From: Heterodontus francisci
Lineage: Eukaryota
NCBI RefSeq assembly: GCF_036365525.1
Contig: NC_090409.1
Location: forward strand, 37,954,437-38,018,436
Length of the DNA stretch: 64,000 nucleotides
Direction of reading: 5' to 3'
Shown here piece after piece: positions 60,541 through 64,000 of this stretch. Position 1 is the first letter of the stretch. Each line of letters opens with the position of its first letter. The position numbers and the translations under genes are program-made. Under the pieces are notes generated by a model. That model did no database searches and had not been told where the DNA came from. It saw only the letters and a list, made by a program, of their open reading frames with translations.

Positions 60541-63500
60541 TGTCACGCTTGTGGGAAGTGCAGCGATGGAACTACTAAAATAAACTGTAGAGTTATTAGA
60601 AAAGCATTTAAAAGACTGGTACATTTGCCTTCAGCAAGATGGAGGGCAAAGTCACATGATACCCCATTCTCCTGCACTGAAATACCCATTTGTGTCTGCT
60701 AGAACTAAAACTCATTAACCCCGTTGAGACACTCAAGACTAGTGTTAAAACTTAATGAGGAGGAGGTTGAGTCTTATTTTATCTCCTTGGAGATAATAGC
60801 TACTAGACTAAACTGGTGAAAAGAACATTGGACTATACTCCTGGAAGGCCGAATTGGTAGGTAGGATTCGCAAAATGCTTTCTGTGGTGTCAGAAGAGAG
60901 TTCTTCTGACTATGAACAAACCAAAAGGCAATTCTAAATGCCTATGAGTTGGTACACAAAGCCTACTGACAGAAATTTTAAAACACTAGGAAAAGACCTG
61001 CCCAGACTGAACAGGAGGAAGGTTTGTAGTGGAGTTCCCCAGGGGCCAGTGTTGGGACCCTTGCTTTTCCTGATATATTAATGACCTAGATTTCACGTAC
61101 AGGGCACAATTTCAACGTTTGCAGATGATACAAAACTTGGAAGCATTGTGAACTGTGAGGAAGATTGTGCAGAGCTCCAAAAAGACACAGACAATTTGAT
61201 GGAATGGGCAGACCAGTGACAAATGAAGTTCAAGGCAGAAGAATCTGGAGTGATTCATTTTGGTAGGAAGAACAAGGAGAGACAATATAAAATAAAGGGA
61301 GCATAGGGACCTGGGTGTCTTTGTGCATAAGTCATTGAAGGTGGCAGGACAGGTTGAGAGAGCGGTTAATAAAGCATACAGTATCCCGGGCTTTATTAAT
61401 AGGAGCATAGAGTACAAGAGCAACAAAGTTATGTCGAACTTGAATAAGACACTAGTTCGGCCCCAGCTGGAGAACTGCATCCAGTTCTGGGGGCCGCAAT
61501 TTAGGAAAGACACGAGGCCATTGGAGAAAGTACGGAAAAGATTTACGGGAATGGTTCCAGGGATGAGGAACTTTAGTTATGAAGATAGACTGGAGAAGTT
61601 AGCACTGTTTTCCTTGGAGAAGAGAAGGCTAAGAGGTGATTTGATAGAGGTATTCAAAATCATGAGGGGTCTAGACAGACTAGATAGAGAGAAACTGTTC
61701 CCAATCATGAAAGGGCCGACAAGGGGAAGCATAGATTTAAAGTATTTGGTAAGAGATGCAAAAAGTGGCAGGATGAAATACTGTTTCATGCAGAGAGGTT
61801 AAGGTTTGGAATGCACTGCCAGAGAGTGTGGTGGAGGAAGATTCAACTGAAGCATTCAAAAGGGAAATAGACAGGAAATAATTTGAAAAGGAAGAATATA
61901 CAGGGTTACGGGGAGAAGGAGGGGGAATAGAACGGAGTGAATTGCTCTTTTGGAGAGCCAGTGCAGACACAATGGGCCAAATGGCCTCCTTCAGCACTGT
62001 AACAATTCTGTGATTCTGTGACTTTTATTGAATTTGAAGGAATTAAACATATGGCTTTCGATCGCTGGATATGATCTCTCAAATTAGACCTCTTATATGA
62101 AAATTCGAGAGAGGTCATTCGATTTGAAGAATTTACAAATAGCATTCCAATTCAAAAATAAGACCTCATTTTGAGGAGCAATTACAAGGGTGAGCCAAGC
62201 TGTCACCATGGCAGATGACTGTGAGCTTACTCATAAACCGTTTTCACAGTGAAAATCCTTCCATAATAATTCCCAAAGGTTCGGAAAGGACAGAAAGTGG
62301 GAAAGTGATGCGAGTCGGGGTGCTAGCAACAGGGAAACAAAAGGTGAGAATGCAAGAAGCTCTCCACCAGTAAGGAAAGAAAATTCAAAGGGCAGGAATA
62401 TTTTTCACACACCTATGTATTCCCATTGCTGGAAAGCAGGGGCATGTGAAAGCGGACTGCTGAAAGTTAAAGGGGAAGCCTTTTGTCGGAGTTCACAAAA
62501 CCAGCCTAGAAATGGGTGCCCAAGCAGGCAGTAATGCAGACAATGCTGCCCCAACCACGGCAATGAACCCCTTTAAGAATATCATCGTAGGTGCAGTACA
62601 GGTAGAGAGAATTCTTGAAGAATACTTAATTCTTTATGCTGGGTAAAAGAATGATCTTCCCACCAGACAGCTCACTAAAAGGGAAGGTTCTGGTAAAAGG
62701 GATTGAGGGACAATACATGTCTGAATCCCTGTATTGGGTCCACTTGCAGTGTTACCTTGCTTCTGGACCGGTTACTGTAGGGATACATGTGGCTGGAATA
62801 GGCTTGCTACTCGGCAATGATTTGGCTGGGGGTAAGGTGGTAACAGCCCCAGTGATCTTAGGCCCCCACAGTGACCCACAGAGGAGGAGTGGACAGTAGA
62901 TCACCAAATTGTAGTTCCCCCTAAATATTGTGGAGAGACTGATTTTAAGAATGGGAGAATCATGTGTTTCCTGGGAATGTGTGGGCTCTACCATAAATTT
63001 TTTCCCAAATTCAGCACCTTACCTGGTCCCTTAACAGGCCAGCTATTAAAAGTGCAAAAATCTTGCGGTCAGAGCCATGCCAGCTAGCATTTGAAAAGTT
63101 GAAGGCAATCTGAGCAAATGACCCAGTATTGGCAGCCCCAAATTTTAACAAACCTTTACAGATGGTGGAGTGATGTTGGAGTTGGCACGGTGTTACTCCA
63201 AGATGTTGATTCAGGTTTTGACAGACCAATTTGTTATTTTTCCCAAAAAAAACTAAACAAGCATTAAAGGAAATCTTTCCATCAAAACAAGAAACAAACA
63301 TCAACAAAAAATGAAATCCTAGGCATTTCATTTTTTCCTTTTTGGGGGAGGTGTCATGCTCATGGGAAATGTAGCAATGGAAATACCAAAATAAACTGGA
63401 GAGTTATTTAAAAAAAACAACTATTTAAAAGTCTGAAATACTGGCCTTCAGCAAAATGGAAGACAGTCACATGGCACCTACCATCCCCTGCACTGAAATA

Positions 63501-64000
63501 CGCATTCATGTCTGCTGGAACTAAAACACATTAACCCCATCTGCATTGAAATTGTACATGGGCGTGAGATATCCACAAAAGTGAGCTAAAACAAAGGAAC
63601 TCACAGGTGCTCTGTCTCCGTTGACTACCATAAAGTGTGAAAATACCTCATCTTATCAAAATGGGCTGCAGTCAGAAGTTATTCTATAGCTGCTCAGGAA
63701 CAAAAACCTAAGCTGCAAGTTAAATTAACACTTAATCAGGTTTACCTTTAAAGGCAACCTTTTTGGAAGACATCAGAACATCAGGACATCAGCCAGAAAT
63801 CTCCAGCCGCAGAGGGAACATCAAAAAGCCATTTTTAACTCTAGCACAAGGCTGAGAGAGAGATCAATTTCAGCTGAGACAGTTGAACCCTGCTGAGATG
63901 ACTTTGCAACCAACCACAGCAGAGAAATAGAGGGTGACTTTTAAACAACTCCTCCACCTGTGAAAACTGAACTAAGAAATACCAGCACCATCTTCAAACT
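60541..64000 (+). mobile_element. Degraded Ty3/Gypsy-type LTR retrotransposon: LTR-like start at 60541, gag and pol remnants, second LTR from 63352
   Basis: Gag-like SSDYEQTKKAILNAYELV.KAY*QKF; zinc-knuckle remnant ~62415-62480; RT/RNase H connector AFEKLKAI*ANDPVLAAPNFNKP; repeated TGTCA.GCT LTR starts. Confidence 0.7.
61013..62017 (+). mobile_element. CR1 fragment nested in the Gypsy gag
   Basis: [19 protein letters not shown]...FADDTKLG...[15 protein letters not shown] motifs. Confidence 0.9.

Overview
Repeat-rich vertebrate genomic DNA, most likely from a cartilaginous fish (shark-type HE1/V-SINEs, DeuSINEs and abundant CR1 LINEs). Three intact spliced genes can be reconstructed by hand. 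(1) A two-exon adenosine-receptor-like GPCR (+, 2829-7836, 343 aa) whose DRY motif reads NTH. (2) RPS19 (+, TCT/TOP start about 10487, CDS 13856-20267, 145 aa) with a ~2-kb G-rich minisatellite in intron 1. (3) A complete PRDM9 (-, CDS 48224-23845, 10 coding exons, ~778 aa: KRAB, SSXRD, zinc knuckle, PR/SET with the three catalytic tyrosines, and an 84-bp zinc-finger minisatellite). Just beyond the PRDM9 promoter lies an inverted, pseudogenised copy of only the last intron, zinc-finger exon and 3' flank of PRDM9 (+, ~52330-58607), carrying a different set of fingers; it is a candidate donor reservoir for finger diversification. Other notable structure: two Tx1-like retrotransposons inserted at the same position of a 70-bp repeat, a hairpin sequestering the Tx1 ORF1 start codon, Penelope-type minimal hammerhead motifs, a duplicated dead PRDM9 exon, and inverted SINE-derived minisatellites flanking the GPCR last exon. 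All coordinates were read by eye; transposon boundaries are approximate.
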